A stretch of DNA of 63,561 nucleotides, filler included, from Asterionella formosa (taxonomy: Eukaryota), in NCBI GenBank assembly GCA_002256025.1. It is 11 parts of 11 records of this genome, joined end to end, with 100 filler letters (N's around TTAATTAATTAA, not from the genome) between each part and the next. Parts side by side here need not be neighbours in the genome. Positions count along the whole stretch, not along the records: positions 1 to 17,913 come from NKIB01004229.1; 10 more parts are not named here. One strand, written 5' to 3'. A program made the translations under genes and the position numbers. The notes beneath the pieces are model-generated. The model was not told the origin of the DNA and searched no databases. It saw only the letters and a program-made list of their open reading frames with translations. Every line of letters starts with the position of its first letter. The first letter of the stretch is position 1. This document shows positions 1-12,099 of this stretch, one piece after another.

Positions 1-190
1 TTACTGGTAGTTTATAATGGTAGCGTCATTCAATTTCCGCCACAAAAATCAGAATTATAACACGTTACTTTGTCTATGTCTAGAAAATTATTGGGTGTTT
101 GGTGCCACCTCGAAAAAAATGTACAGGGGGGTCCAGCAACCTCAGGGGGGTCCAGGACAATGAAGTATACGGTAGTTGGATTTTATTTAA

Positions 191-604
191 CTACACAGCA
201 GGAGGATTTTGAAACGTAAAAAGAGCAACTCCATAACCTTGCATATTCATTCTCCATTTTGTTTGCTCCTTAGAATCTTGTAGTAGTTCAATAACTACAG
301 CAGTACGATTAACATGCTGCGCTGCCTCGACTTTGTTAAGCGCAATCCTCCTTGCAAGATACCAAAATCTGCACCTTTGACCTTCTGGATGGAGATCACA
401 GTCCATGGTCACCTCGATAGCATCATCCTCGAGTTCTTGGAGGATCTCGTCCAACACAATACAGAAAGAGAAGAAAACCACAGAGCCAACCTTTACTGTT
501 GATCCGTAACAGTGATGATGGGAGCAACTGCGACCATTGTTTCTGGCCATCAAGCCAAGGATCTGACCATCAGGAATGGGCGCATCGGCAAAGTCAACAT
601 CCAT
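191..604 (-). CDS. Small hypothetical protein (137 aa), HIRAN-like, probably transposon-associated
   Basis: Intact ATG-stop ORF. DDAIEV...CRFWYLARRIA resembles the HIRAN D-x-N-A-I-x-V...IGYLPR pattern; N-terminal GLxxxNNGRSCxxHxCxG motif. Lies in AT-rich, TE-like DNA. Confidence 0.45.
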   Translation of the reverse strand: MDVDFADAPIPDGQILGLMARNNGRSCSHHHCYGSTVKVGSVVFFSFCIVLDEILQELEDDAIEVTMDCDLHPEGQRCRFWYLARRIALNKVEAAQHVNRTAVVIELLQDSKEQTKWRMNMQGYGVALFTFQNPPAV

Positions 605-1162
605 TTTGACAAAAATGATGATGCAAAATCAATGCATATTAGCATTGCTTGATATCTATCTACATGTACCCAATGTATAAATATATCTTAAATTGGTTTC
701 GATTAACTTATTTAGATGCTAAATATTTAATTACAAAAACAGAGTATATGTTCACGTCTATGTAACTCATAAACCGCATTTTTTCGAGTAAGCCGACCCT
801 CACGTAGAAATTTGGTATGTTGGCTACATAATCGCTCATATGCAAACAGTAAAGACACTGGTGGTGCCGGCAAATCGATGCACCTGTTACTAGACAGAGG
901 GAGTACCTGGCATCATGGCTGCTTGTACCTGGTACGTAAATGAAGGAAACGGTGTGTACAATAATATCTTGCTTGAACTAAGTACTGGTACCAGGTACCT
1001 GTACCGTAATCCATTGTTTGCTTTTTTAGGGGCGTCGTTCTTATCATTCCTCGGCATTTTTTGCACCATGTTGCATCATTTCCGGGTTTTGAGCAAAAAA
1101 TGATTTTGGGTATCAGCAATGACTACCCTAGTGGTATCAATGCAGTATCATTGCTACAAAAT

Positions 1163-1193
1163 TGATACCTTTTTGGGGTCCAAAAAGGTATCA
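1163..1193. repeat. Perfect 14-bp hairpin (tgatacctttttgg-ggt-ccaaaaaggtatca) within a GATAC/GTATC-rich tract
   Basis: Arms 1163-1176 and 1180-1193 are exact reverse complements. Confidence 0.9.
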
Positions 1194-1795
1194 GTGATAC
1201 TGTGATACTGGCAAACTCAGATGAGTATCATTTCTGTTGTCACTGATAAGAAAATAACCAAAAATATGCCTGCAGGGCACAAATTTTAGCAACATAAACA
1301 AAAGAATCTTATGATGTGTATAAAAGCAGCACCATACAATTCATAATGGTGGCTGTGTTCAGGAACAGCACATGCCACAAAACCAAACCACAACAGAGAA
1401 GTCGAGAATTGAACAGATTGAGTGATGTACATAGATTGAAGTGCCAGTATACCAGTAGACTATGAATATAAATTCCATCCACCTATACTATTTAGTGGAT
1501 ATACTGGTAGATTAAAGTGCCAGTACCTGGTACTGGGGTACCAATACTATTGACAATAAATTCTATACTGGTACATAAAACGCGTAGGTTTTCTACATGG
1601 TTTGAGCACTGGTTAATCATCACAATAGTCCGGAAGGAAAAGCACTCGCCAGGTGATGCTAATTCTATTTTATTTTATGTGGAGAATGAAAATTTTCAGT
1701 TTTAATTGAGTAGCCATTGCATGATACTTTTTCAAATATTATGATACCCTATCCAAAATGATAAGAATACCCATTACATAAAGAAAGTCCCTGTG

Positions 1796-2299
1796 TCAAT
1801 CATCAGCCATCATGCCACTAGCTACCATTGCACCTATAAATACTGTGCATGTAAAATCAAAATAATTTAGACTACCGGTTTCAGTATATGATACCAGCGC
1901 ATACAGCAGTAGTGCACCCACACACAACCGCCTCCTCCTGTTTCTTGCTTTGAATATCACTGGTACTGATCGAAGAAAGAGAAAAATGTTGTTGGAGGCT
2001 GCTGGATGGCGGATTGGCATCCAATCCATCATGGCACTGGATTCCCATGAGGCAAGTGTCCTTTGATGATCAAATGCATAGTATTTGCAGTTGAATGGAA
2101 TTGCATGGGTTCTTGTCAGAGGATTGTTGCACAAGTCAAGAATGATCATGTGATGGATATTTTTATTTGACATCATGTAGCTATTGTGCAATATGGCTAC
2201 TTCACCTTCAGTCTTGTGTAAACCAGCCAGTACCCTGGTAATATCATTACCAGTATATGAGGTGTGATAGGAGCTGTTGATTTGAAATGGTGATGTCAT
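1796..2299 (-). CDS. Hypothetical 167-aa ORF with hydrophobic C-terminus
   Basis: Long ORF for AT-rich DNA, with two hydrophobic stretches after a basic patch. No recognisable family. Confidence 0.25.
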   Translation of the reverse strand: MTSPFQINSSYHTSYTGNDITRVLAGLHKTEGEVAILHNSYMMSNKNIHHMIILDLCNNPLTRTHAIPFNCKYYAFDHQRTLASWESSAMMDWMPIRHPAASNNIFLFLRSVPVIFKARNRRRRLCVGALLLYALVSYTETGSLNYFDFTCTVFIGAMVASGMMADD

Positions 2300-2480
2300 A
2301 CCATGAGTACATTGTCACTATGAGTAAAGCAAGCAAGTGAAAGCAATACTAGTTTAGCTAAGCAAAGCTTGTTGAAGCAATATGGTCCTCCTTCAACCAA
2401 AATCCATGGAAGCAAAATGCCAAAATAAGCAAAACAGATTGGTCTGCCACTCTTCCTTTTGATTGTTTTATGCATACAAT

Positions 2481-2566
2481 CAAGTTGCGGTAATTTTGCT
2501 GTACTAAAGATTTAGCTGTCTTTATCTCAGATTTATTGTTGATTTAAGCAAAATGACCGCAACTTG
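2481..2566. mobile_element. 86-bp mini inverted-repeat element (MITE-like), copy 1
   Basis: Ends caagttgcggtaattttgct and agcaaaatgaccgcaacttg form a 20-bp inverted repeat with 1 mismatch. Related copies at 25429, 31072 and 36100. Confidence 0.75.
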
Positions 2567-2696
2567 CAGGTATCCATACCGGTACCTGGGGGTACAAGAC
2601 GTATTACATACTATAGAGGTTGTACCGGCACCATACTGTTCATCATAATTTCAATCGCGATCGTCGCTCGCTCTATTGACACGCCCTCTCGTGACC

Positions 2697-5600
2697 ATGA
2701 GCGATCGAGCGGGCGACCCTTATTACGAGGCAGAGCTTGCCAAGGCACTCAATGAAGCCAGGATGAAGGGCCTGCCGGAAACATGGACTGTCAAGTTGGA
2801 TCTGGTAAGCTTGAAGTTCACTTTTGCTCATCGCAGTGGAGTTGTACAGGAGTGCATGCTGATCACGCAACAATAACGGATGCTGCAATTCACGTCTACA
2901 GGCATGTCTAACAGCACCTCACCTCGTTCCATTATACTTGCGTTGCGAACATAGAAGCGAAAAAAGCGAAAGTGGATCGCCCCGAATGGCAGATCCTGCG
3001 AGTCCATTCCCAAAGCAATCGCCATGTCGGTGGATCTGGGTCTCTTGCCGCCCGAAACGATTGTACCTACTCGGAAAAAGCGTCCCGCATCTCCGACGCC
3101 GCACCAGCCGCCCGCCAAGAAGCAAGCAGACGAACCGGAAGATTCCATCTCCGACCCAGAACTCTCACTCGTACCCCGTATCGTATCCGACACGAGACCC
3201 ACCACGGTCCATTGGGATCCAAATTCGGAACCAGGCAGGAAGGTCGGATGGAAGTGCCGCGTATGGGATGGAAAGCACTGGAAAGAGGGGCGGATGTTGC
3301 TCTACGACACGCACACACGGATGCACAAGGTTCAGTTCGAAGGACCGGTCGCATTGGATGTCGACTCACAACGATGTGCATGGCTGCGCCTGGAAGCGGA
3401 AACTATGCAGTTTGCTACGCGATTGGTCTGGGCGCATGTAAAGGGGTTTCCCTGGTGGCCTGCCATGGTCATGGAAGGTGATGCTTTAGAGGGGGTTAAG
3501 GAAAAGAAGGGGCATGTCCTGGTTGCATTTATTGGCTCTGATGATGTCGCGACTCTCAGGGAGAGCTCCGACTGTTTAAGAGACTTTGACAACGGCAAAG
3601 TGGACACTATTATTTCAAGGGACAAGAAGAAGAGAAATTCCAATGCTGTTGCTGCAGCATGTCAAGAGCAAGAGACGGTGGAGATTGTACGAAACGAAGC
3701 ATGTCGACATTATGCAAAAAAGGCCTTTGGATTTGCAAACAAGCAAGGATTAAATGTTTTGGGCAAACGGGTACAACTATTCAGAGACGATATCAATTAC
3801 CCTTATGGAGATACCTTGGTGGGAAAGGTTAGACTGTACAGCTTTTTATCGAAAAAATGGCTGATATCGTACGAGAGATCAGAAAAGACCAAGAGTAAAT
3901 ATGAAGCGTCGTGGGTCAATCTCAATCAAAAGGATCATGATTACAAGGTCTTGGACAAAGGGAAGCAACCTCATCAGCCAAACGAGGAAGATATAGTCCC
4001 TTTTATACATGGATTTATCTCGAAAATAACAAAAATTGGAAAAGACGATAGCACACCTTCCAAAGACTTGCTCATGTCGAAACTCTTGTCGGAACGATGC
4101 CGGGGATGCGTCGATTATGTCAAGGATAATCAGCAACAAGTCACCTGCAAGGAATGTCGTGGACGTTTTCACCTAGGTTGTGTGGATCCTGCAACAGCTG
4201 CAAAAGCACACACATTAGTTAAAGCCAATGATGCTGACTGGATCTGCCACAAATGTATCAAGTGTGATGGTTGTTGGCAGCATGACATAACATACGGCTC
4301 TCATACCCATGCTGCTCCAAAGTCTTTGATCCCTCCAAATGGTGGCGATTCTCTGAATCTGTGTTCCATGTGCGTAACAGCCTATGAACATGAACGCTTC
4401 TGTCCAGCATGTGCGCATACGTGGAATGATGTACACTATCAAAGGGTAAAGCGTCAACTGAAGGCTGAATCCAAACGAAGCAAAGGCTCCAACAAGCGCA
4501 AACGGACCGATTTGTATGAAGCCATGGAGGAGCAAGAGATGGAAAAATCAGATAAAGTTGAGGCATCGTGGTATGATCCAGACTCCCCTGTGTGGGGCTA
4601 CACCTCTGGGACAATGCTTGGTTGCGATGGCTGCAACTTGTGGGTGCATGCTGGATGTGGTGGTCTCACCCGGGAGGAGTACGAGCAGACATCATCCGGA
4701 AAGCATTCGATTTATAGCACAGAGTTCCTTTGTCGAGGTTGTTGCACGCGCAGAACCAACGAGATAATCCAGAGGCTTGAACGAGAGGACAAACTGTACC
4801 TTTTTGCCATTCCTGTCACGGAGCAAATGGCACCTACCTATCATGATATAATCAAGACCCCTATGGACCTGCAAACAATGGCGAAACGAGCAAAGAGTGA
4901 AGCAGATCTCAATTATGCGTGGGTTAGAGAAAGCTTTGAGTTGATGGTCCTCAATGCATTAACATTCAATCCCTTTTACACTAAATTTTGGAATGAGGCT
5001 AAGAGATACTATCATGATTGTATGACGGAAGTATTTGCTGAGATTGGGAAGGGTGCACCACCTGGTCGTTATGCCAAGCTGGTTCAAGAGGCCTTTCGAC
5101 AAGCCGATTTGGAGAAAAAGAAGGAAGAACAGAGGCTGGAACAAGATGACAACACAGAAAAAAAGGATTTGGTCGCTGGTGCTCAAGTTGCTACTGTCAC
5201 TCTTCCTCCCCTCCGAGATCCGCTCGACCAGTCATCTTGTATCACCTTTCAAGAAATCAAGTTAAAACCTCTCGAAGCTCACTTTGGATCTTGGATGGAA
5301 TGTTGCTTCACGTGTGGTAGCAGTGGAGCGATGGATACAATGCTCTTCTGTGTAGATTGTGGAGAGGCATTTCATTCATTCTGTGCTGCCGTTCCGATTC
5401 ACAGTATGCGCCCATCATCAGTTTCTGGCTGGCGTTGTCCAAATTGCAAGGTTTGCGAAATATCCGGAGATGTTCCGCAAGACGAAACGAAAATGCTGTT
5501 CTGCGAAATGTGTGATAGGGCGTTCATATGTGATTTCCTGGAACCCCCACTGACTTCTGCACCTCTAGGACTCTGGATCTGTGGGCAGTGCGTTGATTGT

Positions 5601-8408
5601 AAATCTTGTGGCAATACCTCTGAAAAGGTGGGTGCAAGCCTCAAGCGCTGGTCTCGTGATCCTCAAAAATGCTACCGATGTGGCGGTTGTAAAGGTCTTG
5701 TGACAGAACATGAGCCAAATGCAAGATGTGTTGTTTGTTTGGTAAGTGGGCAGAAGAACAATGGGGATGTCGCTAAATGCAGTACCTGTCATAGCAAAGT
5801 TCACTTTAAATGCGACCCAGGTGCAGAAGCATTTGTGTGCCAACAATCCCTATCTAGTAGTGACAGCTGTATAGAAGGATACTCTTGTCCTGTATGTCAC
5901 CGAAAAGAAGTACATCAACCCGTGCTACACGGTCAAGTCAGAAGGTACCTACATGATTGTGCGTGGAGCGCCCTCCTAGATGGTGATCTCGTCCCATCTG
6001 ATTCAACAGTCACCATTCAGGAAATCCATGAAAGGCTTATCGAATCAATTGATTGGCAATTACGAGAATTGTGGCGAGGTGAGTATACCTGTTTGATCAA
6101 AGAAGCTGTTCGGATGCTTGAAGTGATCAGGCAAAAAATGGTTTCGGGATTTGATTTGGTCACGGCATGCAAGACCAGTCGAATCGATTTACCAGTTTGG
6201 ATGGCCCAGCGCGCCGCTCGATTCATGCAGGTTAGCAAATGTTCCCTCAAAGGAAAGCTGATAGATGACATGTTAGTTTTGTCGATTGAAACACTTGTGG
6301 CAGTAGCTAAAATGGCTGCTTCATTTTTGAAAGTGAGTTGCCTGGTATTGGGGCTGCCCTTAAAGAAGGCTTTGGAAACCAAAACATATGCACGCATGAT
6401 ATCTCTCCTTATTCCTCCTGAAGAGTGTGGTTTGGTCGGCATCCCGATCGACATTTCTGTAATAGAGGGAGATGTGGAAATAATCCGAATTGATGATTGG
6501 AGGATGAATGTCGAGCCGCAGGTAATGGAAAGCGCTCAATCGAATCCAATTCTCGCCGGTGTCTTTAAGTCAAGGGCTGACAAGGTGGCGGATATCAGTG
6601 AGACACCTGTTGACGCATTTGAGTATAAAACCGCTTCCCCTGTTTGTGGTTGGAACCATCACATTGATCCAGATGATGAAAACAATCGATGGGTGGACCC
6701 CAGACCATGTTGTTTGTGCAGAACTTGCGGTGATGATGATGCCGATAACCCGCAGACATCCACAACTGACAATTTAATCATTCCCCATGTTGGGCGCCTA
6801 TTACCGATGCCATATGGACACTGGGTTCACACTTCATGCGCTCTGTGGAGTTCAGAAGTGTATGAAGCGCCAAGTGGTGGCACTATTAATTCTATGGAAA
6901 AGGCTCGGTCTCGAGGATCCCAGCTCAAATGTTTTGGATGCAACCGATCAGGTGCTACAGTTGGTTGTTTCAAGACGAATTGCTCTAGAAATTTTCATTT
7001 TCCGTGTGCTAAGGCATGTGGTTCTGTCTTCACGGACAAGCGGCAGATGTTTTGTTCTGAACATCAAGACAGTGCCTCGGAAATTTTAGACCGAGAAAGT
7101 ATTGAACAGATGAAAACATTAATAATAGCCGAAGAAAAGAAGGTTTTTGCCGAGAAAGAAGCTAGCGATCCCAATGAAAGCCCTTCTTGCTCAAGAGTTG
7201 GCGCACTTGTTGTTCAATCATTGGGAGAAATTGAACAAAAAGAAGATGGCTTTCACAGTGAAATGTATATAATGCCGAACGGATATTGCGCTACTCGCAT
7301 CTTTTGGTCTGGTCGAACACCCAAGTCAAGAACTGTCTACATTTGCAAGGTCGAGATGAATACAAATGGCAACACTGTCTTTGTCGTTATCCCTGGCGAT
7401 GATCCTGCATCCACAATTCGTAGTAAGTCTGTATTTGAAGCTTATTCAATCATCACACAACGAGTTGCAAAGGCAAATGAAGGGTTCTTTAATGTTCGGG
7501 CAGAAATGTATTCCAAGCTGCCTGCAATTCGCACAAGTATGAAAAAGGCATTTGGACTGAATGGACCTCAATTCTTTGGGTTTGGATTGCATCATGTTCG
7601 AAAATTATTAGAGTGTCTACCAGGCGTTGAAGCTGTCGTGGCCCCTCTGAATGAGGGTTCGCCTTCCTACAGATTTTCTTTTTTCCAACCATCCAAGAAT
7701 GTCATAATGGACCTTCAGCGCAAACGCGCTGCAGTTCAAGCCGAGAAGGCTTTGGAGAACTCATCTGGAAGTGCTCGTACCGAAGGAATTAAGGCAATGA
7801 CTCGTTGTGGTGGCACTGGTCGCATCACTCGCGCCCTTGTTCGCTCCGTAGGGGACGAGGATCGCTTTACTCCCGGCAAGCAAACTGACGCAGAAGAGCG
7901 TCAAGCGAAGGCAGACCGCGAATCAAATCAAGTGAAGTATGCTGCCCTGAAGGCTGTTCCATTGCCACAACGCCTCGTAGCACGTCGATCGCACATTCAC
8001 GGATGGGGATTGTTTACGAAAGTGGATATTAAAAAGGATGGCATGATTATTGAATACATGGGAGAAGTAGTCCGCCAATGCATTGCAGACAAGCGCGAAA
8101 AGGGGTACGAGACATCAGGGATTGGTTCGTGCTACATGTTCCGCTTGGACCTTCAGCGAATTGTGGATGCCACCATGATTGGATGCATGGCTCGGTTTAT
8201 GAATCATTGCTGCAAAAACAATGCGTATGCCAAAGTGATTGGAGTGGACACTATAGTGGGCCCTTCAGCAGATAGGAAAATTGTCGTGTTTGCCAATCGC
8301 GATATCAATGCAGGGGAAGAGATAACATACGACTACAAGTTTCCGGTAGAAGATGGATCTCTTCGATGTACTTGCGGGGCGCCAAACTGTATTGGCCGCA
8401 TGAATTAG
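2697..8408 (+). CDS. Trithorax/MLL/ATX-like histone H3K4 methyltransferase; join(2697..2804,2955..8408)
   Basis: PWWP (WAHVKGFPWWPAMV), several C4HC3 PHD fingers, bromodomain (FAIPV...APTYHDIIKTPMDL...NALTFN), extended PHD (WVHTSCALWSSEV...GATVGC...FHFPCA), FYRN/FYRC, Win motif GSARTEG, SET (SHIHGWGLF, ARFMNHCC, GEEITYDYKF) and post-SET (CTCGAPNC). Phase-0 intron GTAAGC 2805 to CATAG 2954 joins an upstream ATG exon in frame. Confidence 0.92.
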
Positions 8409-8584
8409 TATGGACCTATAGACTATTAGACTAAAACCGGTATAATATAGATTGTATGACAATACACTCTATATGTATTGTAATGTGCCTCACATACTGT
8501 CTATTTTAATGGACTATGCCATTTCTATTCTTATCCTTGGCTGGGAAAGAAAGAAGTTATATGCATCCTGCAATCCCTTGTATC

Positions 8585-8604
8585 GGTACCTGGTACCTGG
8601 TACC
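8585..8604. repeat. GGTACC(T) heptamer micro-array upstream of the J-domain gene
   Basis: ggtacctggtacctggtacc; further accggt motifs at about 8674-8722. Confidence 0.8.
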
Positions 8605-8847
8605 ATCCACATTCATCAATCAGATCTCATTTTTCTATTATCCGTGTACATATTATGTATAACAAGACTGCCAACCGGTATCGGTATTTTAGGTTTACGT
8701 AATTTACCGGTATATTACCGGTCTGTATTCTAATTGACGTCTTTGTTGCCTTGTTGATCGAGAGAAGTCAACCTTCATTTTTCATGCTTTTTGCAGTCAC
8801 TGTTGGGAGCCCTCCCGTCCCTTCTTCACAGTTTCAACGTATCAAAC

Positions 8848-10503
8848 ATGTCAGACGACGTAACCTCCTCCAAAACAATTTCCGAATGCATCAGCACCAT
8901 TGGTGTCGATATGGAAGCCCTCCAAGGCTGTATCAACATCCAAGAAGAATTCTTCACAATCAAGAAGACATATTTCAAAACCATTCTCCAATGTCATCCC
9001 GACAAGGGCGGCGACGCTGCCATATTTCGCACCGTACAGACCGCTTTTGAGGTTTTGCGAGAATTGTTTGATTCAGATCGAGTTGTATCCTTCTATTCCA
9101 TTTCATTCGAATCCGTCAGCGAATCTTACAATCATGCCTGGCAAGACTTTGACAACATGGCAACACCCTCTTATAAGTATTACGAAGAAGCTGCATCTGA
9201 GCCAATTCCTCAGCAGCGCATGGAATGTGCTAAATCAGACCGATCAACATGCAAGCAAAAGAGCACGGCTAGGACATGTGGGGCCAAGATTCCCAAAGGA
9301 GATGTCCGCATTGGTTCATGGCACCAGGAGACGGGTACCTACTTTTGGTGGATGCACTTGGCATGTTGGAGAGTCCCAAATCGGGTGTGGATGGGATTTC
9401 CGACCCCAGGGACTGAAGATTTTATGAACAAGGTCAAATTTGGCAAGGCGCTGGCATCTATGAATAATGTAGTACTTTGTGGCTTTTCGGAATTACCCAA
9501 GGACAAACAAGAGCAAGTTCTAGAACACGTGATGAACAAGGACAATTGGGCACGAGCGAGAAAAATAAAACCTCTCCAGCCAACCGCAAGTGGGGTACAT
9601 AGTTTGAAGAATCCTGAAAATGAGGAGAATCTTGCCAAGCAACTACCAGGTGCTGCCCAAATCATTCCAAGCAGCAATAGTGCTACTCTTGAACGCTTCG
9701 TCATTCCCATTCCTGGCAAAGACGGTGTCATCTCCGAGTCGCTTAGTGGCAAGACTATTGTATTGACGGGAACTTTTCCTGAACTTGGAGGAGGGTCCGG
9801 TCTATCGCTGGGCAAAGCTAAATTGAAAGCCATGATTGAGAGCTTTGGGGGAAAGGTAACTGGATCAGTTTCGGGAAAAACAAATATCTTGGTGGTTGGC
9901 AAGGACCCAGGGTTTTCTAAAGTAAGCTCGGCCCGAAGCAAGCAACAGTGCACTTTGCTTAGCTTGCATGCATTGACCAAAGTTATTCAAGGACACTTGT
10001 TGGAAGATGTTGCAAAGCCAATGACCATTGAAAGTTTTTCTCCTGGTTATGGGGGAAATGGGTTAGCTGACAAGGTGCCATCCGAAGCGCTTGCAATTGC
10101 AGCAGGCTTTGAAGAGATCACGCACCAGGGAAGTAGTAGTGGTAATGACAGGAAAAGAGCAAAGGAAGAGGAAGGCGGTTCCAAGCCATCAACCAAGAGG
10201 AGCAGGAATGCGCCCCATGATGTTGTGAAAACGACTATCATGAAGAAGACGACTGTCATCGCAAATGTGGCAATTACCACCAAACCTAGGAATAAAGCAG
10301 CCCGCAAGAAGAAAGTAGTCAGAAAAGGAAACAATGAGACTTTCTCAGTCACTTGTGATGGCTGTGGTGTAGACTGCACATCACACTCTTACTTTGTTGC
10401 ATCATACAATGTGAGTGGTGACAAAGATTTCTGTGAGAAATGTGGACGAGGCAAAGGAGGTATCCGTCAATCCTATGGGAATACCTTTGCACTTGCAATG
10501 TGA
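8848..10503 (+). CDS. J-domain + PARP-type zinc finger + BRCT + C-terminal CxxC...CxxC finger protein
   Basis: First ATG at 8848 in the 8791 ORF. J-domain IKKTYFKTILQCHPDKGGD...VQTAFEVL; zf-PARP ECAKSDRSTC...CGAKIPKGDVRIG...WMHLAC; BRCT LSGKTIVLTGTF...IESFGGKVTGSVSGKTNILVVGKDPGFSK; CDGC...DFCEKC. Confidence 0.85.
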   Translation: MSDDVTSSKTISECISTIGVDMEALQGCINIQEEFFTIKKTYFKTILQCHPDKGGDAAIFRTVQTAFEVLRELFDSDRVVSFYSISFESVSESYNHAWQDFDNMATPSYKYYEEAASEPIPQQRMECAKSDRSTCKQKSTARTCGAKIPKGDVRIGSWHQETGTYFWWMHLACWRVPNRVWMGFPTPGTEDFMNKVKFGKALASMNNVVLCGFSELPKDKQEQVLEHVMNKDNWARARKIKPLQPTASGVHSLKNPENEENLAKQLPGAAQIIPSSNSATLERFVIPIPGKDGVISESLSGKTIVLTGTFPELGGGSGLSLGKAKLKAMIESFGGKVTGSVSGKTNILVVGKDPGFSKVSSARSKQQCTLLSLHALTKVIQGHLLEDVAKPMTIESFSPGYGGNGLADKVPSEALAIAAGFEEITHQGSSSGNDRKRAKEEEGGSKPSTKRSRNAPHDVVKTTIMKKTTVIANVAITTKPRNKAARKKKVVRKGNNETFSVTCDGCGVDCTSHSYFVASYNVSGDKDFCEKCGRGKGGIRQSYGNTFALAM

Positions 10504-12099
10504 CTATTTTGGACTTGACTTTTACTTTGTTGGATTGGTGGTAACCTTGCAAGGGAACCTCATGTGGGTGTTTGCATTAAATTCAGCAAGTGAGTCTGAA
10601 GCAGTTTACTTGCAACATTATGCTCCAACTATGGTAGCTATTGCAGCTCTTATCATCACTTTGAAGCAGGGCTGGTGTAAACAGCAGAAAGCAAATTGAA
10701 AATTTTGGCTATCTGGTTTCGTCCCCCATTGCTTCTTCCATCTTCAATTCATGACGAAACCGTACTTGATAATTTTGCTTCAAATAAAGCACTAAAAATG
10801 GATTTTGTGTATGCTCATTCCATTTCATTGTAAGTTGGCTACCATCATGGTGCAATAATTGTTCCAGATCTATTGTACCAGTTAGAAAATATATGCCACT
10901 GTTATATTGATTTATGAACTGTTAGCCACTTCTGAGTGGAGGAAACACATGGTTTAAACTTAGTTTAAAAGATAAGCTAATTATTGTTAGGAATAAAGTG
11001 TTCAGATTTATATAGCCAGTAAATATTTATATACTTGTATTGTTGCATTGTGTAACTTGTAATCTTCTTATTAAGGTGCACAGGTTGATTTCGACTAAAA
11101 ATTGCAAGAATTCCATATTTTCACAAATTTTTCTATTGAGCTGGCATCAACTTTTGTAGACATATACCGGTATGATCATATTCTGCCACTGAATGCAAGA
11201 AAAAACCTAATTTTATATTCCATAACATATAAGTATGACATCATTGTGCTTTCCAATATGTGTTCCATCAGAAGAATTCCCTAATGATGCCTTGCTTGCA
11301 AAAACATATATGCACACATAAAATGTGAAGTGGCTAATACAAAAGGATTTTTGTAGAAACAGAGCAAAAATAATTATGGTTTGGGGAAAAATATTTTCCT
11401 GAATAAATAAAGCCACCGATATGCGACAATATTGATGACCTTGGAAAATTTAGATCGTCATGGCTATATACACTTGATCAAAACTGATAACATATTAGTG
11501 GAGTAGAATAAATCGTTTAACATTCAGTTACTTGTATCAAATTCTGATGATTATGCTACTTAAATTTTATGGTCAGAAGTTGGATTAAAATATTGGCAGC
11601 ATAGGCAGGTTCAAATCATGTGTATAGAGTTTCAATTATTTTGAAAGGTATGTCAAGCAATGGCTACAAATTTAAACTGAAAAAGAGATGAGCTAAGAAG
11701 GAGGGGCGATCTTAAAATAGATACAATTTGTGTATCCTTCTAGATTTTTTTCATCAAATCTTTACAGAGACACATTTCACAAATCTCTCTCTCTAATGGC
11801 AATCAGTTTCCGGATTTTTCCAGTTTCCCAAAACATGTGCACAAGACAGCGAAATGATAGCGATGTGGTAAATTTACTCCTGCTGTGCTTCATTTTTACA
11901 CCCTGTCTGATGATCATCACTCCAAAAAATATGCCAAATCGAACACTGGAACCTGAAAATTTGACTTATTGATTCTGAACTGTAAATACAAGACCAACAA
12001 TTTATTCTGACTCTTGCAGCAGTCGCATTATCATTTTCGGAATTTTTGGAATCCTCCCATTCAGTGCAATCAGCAAAATAGGAACATCAATAAGTTGAA

